From an uncultured Gemmataceae bacterium (GTDB lineage Bacteria; Planctomycetota; Planctomycetia; Gemmatales; Gemmataceae): 64,000 nucleotides of DNA. The DNA lies in assembly GCA_963750165.1 (NCBI GenBank), contig CAVVPN010000004.1, forward strand, positions 928,001 to 992,000, given 5' to 3'. The notes beneath the pieces were generated by a model. The model made no database searches and was not told where the DNA came from. It saw only the letters and a list, made by a program, of their open reading frames with translations. A program made the position numbers and the translations under genes. Every line of letters begins with the position of its first letter. The stretch's first letter is position 1. Shown piece after piece: positions 18,959 through 28,430 of this stretch.

Positions 18959-20839
18959 ATGAGAGCCACCGCATTACCGCTCGTGCTGGCCGCCGGCGCC
19001 GGCCTCACCCTGGCCGGCCTCTTCGCCCCGGCGCCGCCGCCCGCCCTGGCCAGCCCTCGGCCCAACGCCTACTGGCAGGTGGAGGATCTCCGCGCCGGCA
19101 TGAAGGGCATCGGCCGCACCGTCATGAAGGGCACCAAGATCGAGGCCTTTCAAGCCGAAATCATCGGCGTCCTCAAGAACACCAGCCCCGGCCGCGACCT
19201 CGTGCTCTGCCGACTGGCCGGCCTCAACCTCGAAAAGACCGGCGTCATTCAGGGCATGAGCGGTAGTCCCATTTACATCGACGGCAAGCTCGTCGGCGCC
19301 GTCGCCTATGCGTGGCCCTTCGGCAAGGAGCCCATCGCCGGCGTCACGCCCTTCTGCCAGATGCACAAGTACGTCGAGTCCTACGAACGCCGCGATCTCG
19401 TTGAGGGCAACCAGCCCAACCGCATCGGCCTGAAGGCGCCGCTGCGGATCGACGGCCGCCATTTCGACACCGTGACGGTCTCCGACGACTTCGACGAACC
19501 ACAGCCGACCGCGGCGGATGGTCTGTGGCTGGTGCCGCTGCGGACGCCGCTGGCCGCGTCCGGATTCACGCAGCACGCGTTGACGCTGCTGCGCGACCGC
19601 TTCCGCGGCAGCGGCATGGTGCCGATGCAGGGCGGCGGCGTCGGCGGCCAGGTCGCCGGCGACGCGGGCAACGCCAAGATCGAACCGGGTGCTGCGCTGA
19701 GCGTGGCGTTGATGCTGGGCGACTTCGACCTGTCCGGCATCGGCACGGTGACGCACGTCGAGGGCAAGCGCGTTTACGGCTTCGGTCACCCATTCTTCGG
19801 CCTGGGTGCGTGCGAGTTCCCGCTCATGACGGGTTACACGCACACGATCTATCCACGGCAAAACATCAGCTTCAAGATGGGCTCGCCGCTCAAGACGGTC
19901 GGCGTCATCAACGCGGATGTGAGCACCTGCATCGCCGGCTGGCTCGACCGCAAGCCAGACCTGCTGCCGGTCAAGATGACCGTCCGCCGTGAGCCCGGCC
20001 ACCAGGCCAAGACCTTCCACGTCCGCACGGTGCGGCAGCGCTCGATGCTCGCGCCGCTGGTGTTCGCGGCCCTGACCAACTCGGTGGACATGGAGGGCGA
20101 TCTGCCGGAGGATCTGACCGCGGATTTGCAGTGCCGCATCGAGGTCGAGGGCCGGCCGCCGGTGGTCATCCAGGACAAATTCTCCGGCAGCAGCTATTCG
20201 GGCAACCGTGCCCCGCAGGCGCTGTACTCGCAGGTGTCCGCGGTCATCAACCTGCTGACGTACAACGCGCACCGGCCGGTGCGCATCAAGCGCATCGACT
20301 GTTCGACGCAGATTCGCAGCGGCCGCAGCACCGCGGACATCGAGGCCATCGAACTGGACTCCGAGACATACGCCCCGGGCGAGACGCTCAAGGCAACGGT
20401 GTTCGTCCGGCCGTACAAGGGGCTGCGGCAGCGGCTGCCGGTGACGCTCAAGCTGCCGGCGGACCTGCCCGAGGGCGAGTACACCGCGACGGTCAGTGAC
20501 GACCTGACGTGCGCGCGCGCGGAACTGCGCGACAACCCCAACCTGAACACGCCGCCGGACCTGGACCACGTGTTCCAGGCGCTGCAGGTGCAGACGGCGG
20601 CCAAGCGCACCAACCTGTCGGTGCGGGTGCCGACCAACGCGGTCGGGGTGGCGCTGAACGGCAAGTCGCTGCCGCAGTTGCCGGGCAGCATGGTGCAGAT
20701 CCTCGGCAACACGCGCCGCACGGGCGCCCAGACGATGGGCGGGGCGCTGGTGTCGCGGCAGGCGACCACCTGGGTCGTGCAGGGCACCGAGTCGGTGCGC
20801 TTCAGCGTCAGCAAGAACAAGCGCGTGGTGAGTGAGTAA
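18959..20839 (+). CDS. Secreted SpoIVB-like (S55) peptidase domain protein
   Basis: Signal peptide; TGVIQGMSGSPIYIDGKLVGAV; GIGTVTHV..VYGFGHPF. Confidence 0.88.
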   Translation: MRATALPLVLAAGAGLTLAGLFAPAPPPALASPRPNAYWQVEDLRAGMKGIGRTVMKGTKIEAFQAEIIGVLKNTSPGRDLVLCRLAGLNLEKTGVIQGMSGSPIYIDGKLVGAVAYAWPFGKEPIAGVTPFCQMHKYVESYERRDLVEGNQPNRIGLKAPLRIDGRHFDTVTVSDDFDEPQPTAADGLWLVPLRTPLAASGFTQHALTLLRDRFRGSGMVPMQGGGVGGQVAGDAGNAKIEPGAALSVALMLGDFDLSGIGTVTHVEGKRVYGFGHPFFGLGACEFPLMTGYTHTIYPRQNISFKMGSPLKTVGVINADVSTCIAGWLDRKPDLLPVKMTVRREPGHQAKTFHVRTVRQRSMLAPLVFAALTNSVDMEGDLPEDLTADLQCRIEVEGRPPVVIQDKFSGSSYSGNRAPQALYSQVSAVINLLTYNAHRPVRIKRIDCSTQIRSGRSTADIEAIELDSETYAPGETLKATVFVRPYKGLRQRLPVTLKLPADLPEGEYTATVSDDLTCARAELRDNPNLNTPPDLDHVFQALQVQTAAKRTNLSVRVPTNAVGVALNGKSLPQLPGSMVQILGNTRRTGAQTMGGALVSRQATTWVVQGTESVRFSVSKNKRVVSE

Positions 20840-20847
20840 ATCCCCCT

Positions 20848-20982
20848 GGCGAGCGGGGTCGCGTCAGCGCCCCGTGCTCTTCTTGATGAGCGGGGTCGCG
20901 TCAGCGCCCCGTGCTCTTCTTGGTGAGCGGGGTCGCGGCAGCGCCCCGGGCAACACGGGGCGCTGACGCGATCCCGCTCGCC
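20848..20982. repeat. REP-like cluster, family B: three direct units at 37-bp period plus one inverted unit
   Basis: GAGCGGGGTCGCGTCAGCGCCCCG at 20851 and 20888, a variant at 20925, an inverted copy ending 20982; single copy at 56180. Confidence 0.85.
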
Positions 20983-21013
20983 TATCCTCCATCCCATTGA
21001 GGTCATCCCACCC

Positions 21014-23197
21014 ATGTCCCGTTCCGTTTACTTTCGTCCTCTCATCCTGGCAGCGCTGGCGGCGCTGCTGCCGGCCAACGTCGGCCACAGCGCCCGGGTG
21101 AAAGTCTGGCACCACCACGGCCCCGCTCATCACGAGAAGGCCCACTTCAAGCACACGGTCGTCAGCAACGAGGGGGCACTGCGGCTGTCACGCCAGCTGA
21201 AGCCGCTGGCGAAGATCGACGCCATGCACGTCTGGGACGTGGTGGAGGACAGGGCCGGTAATCTCTTCGTGGCGACCGGCGACGAGGGCAAGCTCTACAA
21301 GGTCACGGTGGACGGCAAGGTGACGGTGGCGTACACCTGTCCGGACAGCCAGATTCTGTGCCTGGCGCTGGGCGCCGACGGCAGCGTCTACGCCGGCACG
21401 GGGCCGAGCGGCCTGGTGGTGTGCGTGCCGCCGACGGGCAAGACGCGCGTGGTTGCCGAGGACCTCGACCATTATGTCTGGAGCCTGGCGGTCGATGAGG
21501 AGACGAAGACCGTGTACGCCGGCACCGGGCCGAAGGGACGCATCTTCCAGATTCCGGCGCAGGGCAAGCCGAGCGTCTTTTACGCCACGAAACAGGAGCA
21601 CATCCTCTGCCTGGCGACGGGGCCGAAGCGCACGCTGTACGCCGGCACGGACAAGGGCGGCCTGGTGTACCGCATCGACGCGCAGGGCAAGGGCTTTGTG
21701 CTGTACCACTGCCCGCAGGGAGAGGTGCGTAGTCTGCTGGTCACGGAGGCGGGTGTCTACGCCGGCACCAGTGCCCCGACGCGGCGCGGCAGCGGCGGGG
21801 GCGGCGGCGCCAACGTCAACGCTTTCGCGCCGACGGCCGGTCACGGCGGCAGCAGCATGAGCCCCGCGACCTACAAGAAGACCGGCGACAAGAAGAAGAC
21901 GAAGGCATCCAGCGACGGCAAGTCGTCCGCGGACGGCGGCAATAGCGGCGAATCGAAGAGCAGTGCCGCCGAAGCGCCGACGCCGCCGGCCTCGGGAGAA
22001 AACTCGCTCTACCGCATCGCCAGTGACGGCAGCGTGCGCGAGCTGTTTCGCGAGAAGGCGCTGCTGCTGTGCCTGCTGCGGCAGCACGGCCGCGTCCTGG
22101 TCGGCACCGGCATGAACGGCCAGCTGTTCGAGATCGACGAGGCCAGCAAGGAGCGCACGGAAATCGCCCGGCTGGACCACGGCCAGATTCACTGCCTGTG
22201 TCGGCGCCGCGACGGCTCCGTCGTGCTGGGCACCGGCGACCCCGGCAAGCTGTACGTGCTGGAGGATCGCTACGCTGGCAAGGGCACGGTGGTGTCGGAG
22301 GTGCTGGACGCGAAGATGATTAGCAAGTGGGGCAGACTGTCATGGAAGGCGGAGACGCCGGCCGGCACCGCGGTGACCGTGGCGGTGCGCACCGGCAACG
22401 TCGCCGAACCGGACGAGACCTGGAGCGACTGGTCCGCCGAGCAGACCGACCCGCAGACCGCCCGCGTGACCACGCCGAGCGCCCGTTTCCTGCAATACCG
22501 CGTCACCATGACCACGGAGCACCCGAAGCAGACGCCGACTGTGCGCAGCGTGGCGATCCGCTATCTGACGACCAACCACCCGCCGGAGGTGACCAGCCTG
22601 GAGGTGCCCGACCTGGACGCCGCCAACCTGGAAACCCCGAAGAAGCTCAAACTGAAGTGGGCCGCCACCGACCCCAACGAGGACGAGCTGACCTACAGCC
22701 TCTACGTTCGCAAGGAGGGTTGGAAGAACTGGGTGCTGCTGGAGGACAGTCTGGAGAAGAAGGAATTCGAGTGGGACACGAGTGCCATGCCGTCGGGTAG
22801 TTACCGCGTCAAGGTGGTGGCCAGCGACCGCAAGGACAACGCCCCGGAGGACGCGCTGACAGCGGAGCGTGTCAGTGCGCCGTTCCCGGTATCGCACGTA
22901 CCGCCGGTCGTCGCCGTGAAGATTACTGGCGTCGAGGGCAACCGGGCGGTCCTGGAGGCGACGGCGACCGACCCGCATGTGCGGCTGACGGAGGCGGCGT
23001 TCGCGGTCAACGGTAAGAAGTGGGTGCCGGTCTTCCCGACAGACGGCCTGTTCGACAGCAAAGCGGAGGCGTTCCGCTTCAAGACGGAGGCGCTGCGGCC
23101 GGGGACGTATGTGCTGGTGCTGCGCGTGCGCGACGCCGCCGGCAACGTCGGCAGTGGCGATGTGGTCTTCACCGTGGAACCGCGAGCGAAGAAGTAA
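21014..23197 (+). CDS. Secreted beta-propeller repeat protein with C-terminal Ig/FN3-like domains
   Basis: Signal peptide; repeated (V/L)YAGTG..G.(V/I)(Y/F) blades; Gly/Ser/Lys-rich linker; WAATDPNEDELTY, GSYRVKVVASD, VRDAAGN. Confidence 0.8.
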   Translation: MSRSVYFRPLILAALAALLPANVGHSARVKVWHHHGPAHHEKAHFKHTVVSNEGALRLSRQLKPLAKIDAMHVWDVVEDRAGNLFVATGDEGKLYKVTVDGKVTVAYTCPDSQILCLALGADGSVYAGTGPSGLVVCVPPTGKTRVVAEDLDHYVWSLAVDEETKTVYAGTGPKGRIFQIPAQGKPSVFYATKQEHILCLATGPKRTLYAGTDKGGLVYRIDAQGKGFVLYHCPQGEVRSLLVTEAGVYAGTSAPTRRGSGGGGGANVNAFAPTAGHGGSSMSPATYKKTGDKKKTKASSDGKSSADGGNSGESKSSAAEAPTPPASGENSLYRIASDGSVRELFREKALLLCLLRQHGRVLVGTGMNGQLFEIDEASKERTEIARLDHGQIHCLCRRRDGSVVLGTGDPGKLYVLEDRYAGKGTVVSEVLDAKMISKWGRLSWKAETPAGTAVTVAVRTGNVAEPDETWSDWSAEQTDPQTARVTTPSARFLQYRVTMTTEHPKQTPTVRSVAIRYLTTNHPPEVTSLEVPDLDAANLETPKKLKLKWAATDPNEDELTYSLYVRKEGWKNWVLLEDSLEKKEFEWDTSAMPSGSYRVKVVASDRKDNAPEDALTAERVSAPFPVSHVPPVVAVKITGVEGNRAVLEATATDPHVRLTEAAFAVNGKKWVPVFPTDGLFDSKAEAFRFKTEALRPGTYVLVLRVRDAAGNVGSGDVVFTVEPRAKK

Positions 23198-23300
23198 AAA
23201 GAATTAGCCACAGAGGGCACAGAGGAAAGACAGGAGAATTGTAATCCAACTCTCCTGTCTTTCCTCTGTGCCCTCTGTGTCCTCTGTGGCTAATTCTTTT
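23197..23300. terminator. ACAGAG-type long inverted repeat filling a convergent intergenic gap; probable bidirectional terminator
   Basis: AAAAGAATTAGCCACAGAG...CTCTGTGGCTAATTCTTTT with A/T-run flanks. Confidence 0.75.
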
Positions 23301-23926
23301 TACCAGCTAACGCTCTCGATGGTTTCGCCGACGCCGAGGCGGTAGCACAATTGCTCGAACACGTCGAGGAAGCGCGGGTCGGTGTTGTGCAGGTGTTCGC
23401 CCTCGGTAATCAACTGGAGCTGGTCGTCGCGCGCGATACCGTGGCGGCGCAGGCGGCGCTCGAACGGCTTGAGGTCGTGGGCGTAGACGAACAACAGCTT
23501 GTGCTCGTCGAACTGCACCTCCACCGGCCCCTCCGTGGACAGCACCGCCACGCCCGCGCAGCCATCGTTCAACAGCAGGTCTTCAAAGTCGCACAGATGA
23601 CTGGTGAGCACCGGCAGGTCAATGTCCTCGCGGCTCAGGTCGCGGTGGCCGGCCCCGTCGCTGTCGTGGCTGGTCTCCAGGACCACGTCCACCACCTCGC
23701 CGAGCGGGTCCAGCAAATCCAGGAACAGGTCGAACAGCTTTTCGCGCGACACCGCCGCCGCCAGCACCGGCACGCTCAGGCCGTGCTGCGCGTCACGGTA
23801 GACCTCACGGCGATAGCCTTGCCTCGGCAGCACGTGCCGCGTCAGCGACGGCCGGATGGCGTCCGTCAGCCAGAAGTCGCCGTAACGATCCGTCTGTAAA
23901 TGGGTCGCCCAATTCTCCGCACTCAC
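23300..23926 (-). CDS. Conserved hypothetical protein
   Basis: 208-aa ORF with normal composition (VVLETSH, LLLNDG, EVQFDEHK); function not recognised. Confidence 0.8.
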   Translation of the reverse strand: MSAENWATHLQTDRYGDFWLTDAIRPSLTRHVLPRQGYRREVYRDAQHGLSVPVLAAAVSREKLFDLFLDLLDPLGEVVDVVLETSHDSDGAGHRDLSREDIDLPVLTSHLCDFEDLLLNDGCAGVAVLSTEGPVEVQFDEHKLLFVYAHDLKPFERRLRRHGIARDDQLQLITEGEHLHNTDPRFLDVFEQLCYRLGVGETIESVSW

Positions 23927-24344
23927 GTGAGTACCCCGCGCTGGAGTTTGGAATAGGATGAAAGGCTAGAAGCGAATCCGAAGGTGTGTCTGCTGATTAA
24001 CTATAAACCGCGATTGGTCCCGCGGCCAGTCACACGCCGGGATTCTAGGGCCGAAAAAGGCGCTGCCGCGAAAACCTTTGCGAGCACGCCGGTTGCGCAG
24101 GTGGGACGCTTTGGTAGACGGGAGCAGTCCGGGCAAGCAGCCCGAGCGACTTTCTTTCACGCCGCGGGCTTTTCGCTCAAGAAGCGGATTGGGGAAGTGG
24201 AAATGGCCTAAAAATGGGGGAGTGAGGAAGGCTGGAGCGTTCGTGCCCGGCCAACAGCGCCACTACCTCTTGCCATTGCCGGGGTTTCTCTCCGTGGGGC
24301 GTTCGTCCCAACGGGGTCAAGGGCCGCGATCCAAAGGAGGTATC

Positions 24345-25582
24345 ATGAGACTCGCACAACCGATGTCGGGCGTGCTGGCGGGCTGCGTGCTCCTACTCAG
24401 CACCGGCAGCGTCGGCGCCCAGGACTGGCCGCAGTGGCGCGGCCCCAACCGCGACAGCAAGGTGACTGGCTTCACCGCGCCGAAGGAGTGGCCCAAAACG
24501 CTGACGCAGAAGTGGAAGGTCAGTGTCGGTCAGGGCGATTCCTCGCCCGTGCTGGTGCGCGACAAGATTTACGTCTTCGGCCGCGTGGGCGGCGATGAAG
24601 TCCTCCAGTGCCTGGACGCGGCCACCGGCAACGAACTGTGGAAGGACAAGTACGAGGCCCTGCCACCAACCGGTGCCTCCGCCGGTCCTGGCGGCATTCA
24701 CAAGGGGCCGCGCGCCACGCCCGCGGTCGGCGCTGGCAAGGTCTGCACCTTCGGCGTGCGTGGCACGGTCTCCTGCGTGGACGCGGCCACCGGCAAGCTC
24801 GCGTGGCGCAAGGACACCAAGGGTTACCCCATGTTCTTCACCGCGTCCTCGCCGCTCATCGCCGACGGCAAGTGCATCGTCTTCCACGGCGGCTCCGGCA
24901 CGGGCAAGATCAGCGCCTACGACCTGGCCAACGGCGACGAGAAGTGGACCTGGACCGGCGAGTCGCCGTCCTACGGTTCGCCCACGCTCATGACGGTCGA
25001 TGGCACCAAAATGCTCGTGACGCTGACGCAGAGTTCGTTGGTAGGCATCGGCCTGGCGGACGGCAAGCAGTTGTGGAAGGTGCCGTTTTCAGCCAAGTAC
25101 AACAACAGCACCCCCATCGTCAACCGCGACACGGTCATCTGCTCCAGTCCGGCGCGGGCACCGCGGCGTTCAAGGTTGAAAAAAAGGGGGACGGCTTTGA
25201 GGCCAAACAGCTGTGGAAGGTGAAGACGGCGGCCACCACGTTCAACACGCCGGTGCTCAAGGACGGCTTGCTGTTCGGGATCACCTCGGGCGGCGGCAAG
25301 GGGGCGGGCGCCTTCTTCTGCATGAGCGCCGAGAACGGCGACGTGCGCTGGACCGACAAGACCAAGCGCGGCGACTGCGGGGCCGTGCTCGACGTGGGCG
25401 CCGTTATGCTGGCCCTGACCAGCGACAAGAATCTGGTCGTCTTCCAGCCCAGCGACAAGGGCTACATGGAAGTCGCCCGGTATCAGGTCGCGGACACGCC
25501 GTCCTGGTCCTACCCGATCCTCTCGGGCAACCGCATCTTTGTGAAGGACCAGAATTCGCTGACGCTCTGGACGGTCAACTGA
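24345..25582 (+). CDS. Secreted PQQ-like beta-propeller protein, frameshifted near 25150
   Basis: AAGGAGG RBS; signal peptide; QDWPQWRGPNRD, GPRATP, SYGSP, SWSYPILS. Confidence 0.88.
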
Positions 25583-25592
25583 GCGGTCGGTG

Positions 25593-25645
25593 AAAGCAGC
25601 AACCGCACGAGCCCCTGGCAAGCGGGGCCCGTGCGGTTTGCTTTT
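25593..25645 (+). terminator. Probable rho-independent terminator
   Basis: AAAGCAGCAACCGCACGAGCCCC...GGGGCCCGTGCGGTTTGCTTTT hairpin just after the stop at 25582. Confidence 0.65.
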
Positions 25646-25777
25646 ATGAAAGAGCGGCGCGCCAATCGGGCGGCCGGGGGATCAGGACGGCGACCTCGCC
25701 GGGGTCGTTTGGGGCGGGGCTGGGCTCGCGTCCCCGCCACCAGAGAAACGCGGCAGACGGCCCGGCTTGCGCGGCGC

Positions 25778-26938
25778 TCACAGGCAGCGCACGGCCACGA
25801 CGGTGCAGTTGTCGCTGCCGCCGCCCTGGTTGGCCAGGTCCACGAGTTGTGCCGCCGCCCGGCCGGCGCTCAATGCTGGATCGCACAGGACGCCGTGCAG
25901 CGCCGGACCATCGACGTGCGCGTGCAGGCCGTCGCAGGCGATCACCAGCCAGTCGCCGGCCGTCAGCTTCGACTGATAGACCGCCGGTTGAATGTCGGAG
26001 TGCTTGCCGACCGCCTGCGTCACCTCGTTGCGCTGCGGGTGCGTCAGTGCTTCTCGTTCGGTCAACTTGCCCATCTCGACCATGCGCGCCACCAGCGTCT
26101 GATCCTTCGTCAGCTGCACCAGCCGGCCGTCCTTGACCTGGTAGACGCGGCAGTCGCCGACATGGCCGATGACCACGTCCAGGCCGAGCACGACCACGAC
26201 CGCCGCGGTGGCGCCCATGCCCTTGCAGCCAGGGACCGTCTGGGCCTGGTCATACACGAGTCGGTTGGCGCCCTTGAGGGCGTTGCCGGCGGCCTCGGCG
26301 AGGGTGGCGAGGGCCGGCGGTTCCTTCGCGGCCACCAGGCCCGAGAGCACGGGGGCGAACGCCGCGGCCACGCTGCGGATCACCAGAGCACTGGCCTGGT
26401 CGCCGGCGTCGTAACCGCCCATGCCGTCGGCCACGACCAGCAGCGCCAGTTCGCGGCGCTGGTCGAGGTTGGACAGCGTCAGGTGCTGCGTGAGGTAGCT
26501 GTCCTCGTTGCGGTTGCGGACGCGGCCGGTGGACGTGGCGCTGCCGACTTCCAGGCAACTGCCAGCCGCGGCGAACGGCGGTGGCGCCGTGGCGGCGGGA
26601 CCGGCTGCGGCCGCGGGGCCGTCCAGTTCGATCTCCAGATGGTCCTCCGCTGTTGCGGAATCCGGGGGAGAAGTTGACGAGGATGCGGCCTGTTGCCCGG
26701 GGGTGATCGAGTGCAGGAACCCGCGCAAACCGGACAGGAACCCGCTCCGGGCCGGGGCCGCCGGCGCGGGCGGTGGGGCGGGGGGCGGTGGTACAGCCGG
26801 AAAGCTGCCGGAGGCCGTCGGGGCGCTCGGCGTCTGGAAGGGTTTGGCGCATTTGGCGCACTGGACGCGGGAGCCGAGGTGCTCCGGTTGCACCTGGCAG
26901 ATACTGCGGCAGTGAGGGCACTGGACGTTGACGGCCAC
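25778..26938 (-). CDS. PP2C-family phosphatase with N-terminal Zn ribbon and Pro-rich linker
   Basis: CPHC..CAKC; RNEDS, VADGMGG, GMGAT, HVGDCR, ACDGL, GGSDN. Confidence 0.92.
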   Translation of the reverse strand: MAVNVQCPHCRSICQVQPEHLGSRVQCAKCAKPFQTPSAPTASGSFPAVPPPPAPPPAPAAPARSGFLSGLRGFLHSITPGQQAASSSTSPPDSATAEDHLEIELDGPAAAAGPAATAPPPFAAAGSCLEVGSATSTGRVRNRNEDSYLTQHLTLSNLDQRRELALLVVADGMGGYDAGDQASALVIRSVAAAFAPVLSGLVAAKEPPALATLAEAAGNALKGANRLVYDQAQTVPGCKGMGATAAVVVVLGLDVVIGHVGDCRVYQVKDGRLVQLTKDQTLVARMVEMGKLTEREALTHPQRNEVTQAVGKHSDIQPAVYQSKLTAGDWLVIACDGLHAHVDGPALHGVLCDPALSAGRAAAQLVDLANQGGGSDNCTVVAVRCL

Positions 26939-27057
26939 GACTGGACACTCCCCGCTCGAAGATGGGCCGCGTTGGAGGCGAACACTCCGGCGGTCTTATC
27001 TTATCCTTATCGGGCCAGGCGGGGGGTGGCCGCAAGTGTTTTCTGGGTTAAAAACCG

Positions 27058-28329
27058 TTACACACTGCGGCGCAGGCGGCGCTGCTCCGCTTCGCGCAAC
27101 AACTGCCGTCGATGGCCGGCCGTCTGCTCGAACAGGGCGGTGAAGAAAGCGGTGTCCGCGGCGGTCAACTCCCGACCGCGGCGGCGCATGGCCGTGGCCG
27201 CCGTCGCGAACAGCTGGTCCAGGTCGGCGTGTTCCTGCGTCCCACCCGGGCCAGCCTGGCAGAACGACGGCACCGTCCGTGGCAGCAGCGTCCCGGTCGG
27301 CAGCAGGTGGCAGAACACGCCGGTCACGGTGCCGGTATTCAGCAGCGTGTTCAGGCCGGTCTTGGTGTGGTCGCCCAGGAACGCCCCGACCTTGGTCTGG
27401 CCGGTGGCGATCTTGCCGGCGGCAGTGAACATGTTGACCTCGCCGTAGTCGTTGCGCAGGTCGCTGACCTGGGTGCCCGCGGCCAGGTTGACCCACGACC
27501 CGACATAGCTGTGGCCCAGGAAGCCGTCGTGATACTTGTTGGCGAAGCCCTGCATGATGCTGGCTTCGAACTCGCCGCCGACCCGGCACTTCGGCCCGAG
27601 CGTGCCGCCGCGCAATTTCGCGCCCAGCAGCAGACAGTCCGGCCCCACGTAGCACGGCCCTTCCAGGCGCGTGAAGGACTGGACGACGGCGCCGCGGTCG
27701 AGGATCACCGGGCCGGGCCGCGTGTCCACCGTCACATACGGTTCCACCCGGGCGTCGCGATGCACCAGCAGTTGCTCGCGCGGCCCCAGCGTCGCCACGT
27801 CCGGCGGGCTGGCGGTGAAGTCCGGTTGGGCCGCGAACCAGGGCAGATCCTCGCGCAGCGCCTCGGGGTTGTGCTCCACGAAGTCCCAGGGGTAGCGGAG
27901 GAGCCGGCCTCCCGCCGGGCAGCGCGGCAGCGTCAGCAGACAGTGGTTGACCCACTGCTCGACGGCCTCCGGGGAGCAGTCGTCCGGCGCCGACGGGGCG
28001 ACCACATACACTACCTCGTCGCCGATCAGGCCGACGCGCGGCGTGTCCACGTCGGCCAGGGGCACGACGGGCGGCAGCCAGCGGGCGTTGACGGCGGCGC
28101 GGAGGTTCTGCAGACCGTGCGGGTCGTTCACCGCGTCGTCAGGGTGCTCCTGGCGCACCAGCGGGGCCAGCGCCGGTCGCACGACCAGGCCGACCTCCTG
28201 CGCGGACAGGGCCGCCGTCTGCCGCCGCAGCAGCGTGCGACCGCCACACCACAGGTCAAAGGCTGGCCGCGTCAGGGTCAGCGGCTCCAGCAGTTCGACG
28301 TACTGGTCTTCAAAAACGGCGATACGCAT
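27058..28329 (-). CDS. GlmU-like putative sugar nucleotidyltransferase / left-handed beta-helix acetyltransferase
   Basis: LEPLTLTRPAFDLWCG N-terminus; hexapeptide repeats NKYHDGFLGHSYVGSWVNL, KVGAFLGDHTKTG; downstream of glmS. Confidence 0.85.
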   Translation of the reverse strand: MRIAVFEDQYVELLEPLTLTRPAFDLWCGGRTLLRRQTAALSAQEVGLVVRPALAPLVRQEHPDDAVNDPHGLQNLRAAVNARWLPPVVPLADVDTPRVGLIGDEVVYVVAPSAPDDCSPEAVEQWVNHCLLTLPRCPAGGRLLRYPWDFVEHNPEALREDLPWFAAQPDFTASPPDVATLGPREQLLVHRDARVEPYVTVDTRPGPVILDRGAVVQSFTRLEGPCYVGPDCLLLGAKLRGGTLGPKCRVGGEFEASIMQGFANKYHDGFLGHSYVGSWVNLAAGTQVSDLRNDYGEVNMFTAAGKIATGQTKVGAFLGDHTKTGLNTLLNTGTVTGVFCHLLPTGTLLPRTVPSFCQAGPGGTQEHADLDQLFATAATAMRRRGRELTAADTAFFTALFEQTAGHRRQLLREAEQRRLRRSV

Positions 28330-28355
28330 GGGGCGGTCCCTCCTACCTCGGAGTC

Positions 28356-28423
28356 GGCGAGCGGCGCGGCGTCAGCCCGCCGGTGCTTCAAAATACCGGC
28401 GGGCTGACGCCGCGCCGCTCGCC
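28356..28423. repeat. REP-like palindrome, family B' (GGCGAGCGGCGCGGCGTCAGCCC...GGGCTGACGCCGCGCCGCTCGCC)
   Basis: Perfect long stem; near-identical copy at 52001-52068. Confidence 0.85.
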
Positions 28424-28430
28424 TTCGCAG

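Noticed and set aside
20851..20960. CRISPR array (37-bp periodic repeats)
   Set aside because: The units abut with no unique spacers, one is inverted, the same unit occurs singly at 56180, and no cas genes are present
23927..24344. Possible ncRNA or riboswitch in a 420-bp divergent intergenic region
   Set aside because: No recognisable motif or convincing structure; divergent promoters are a sufficient explanation
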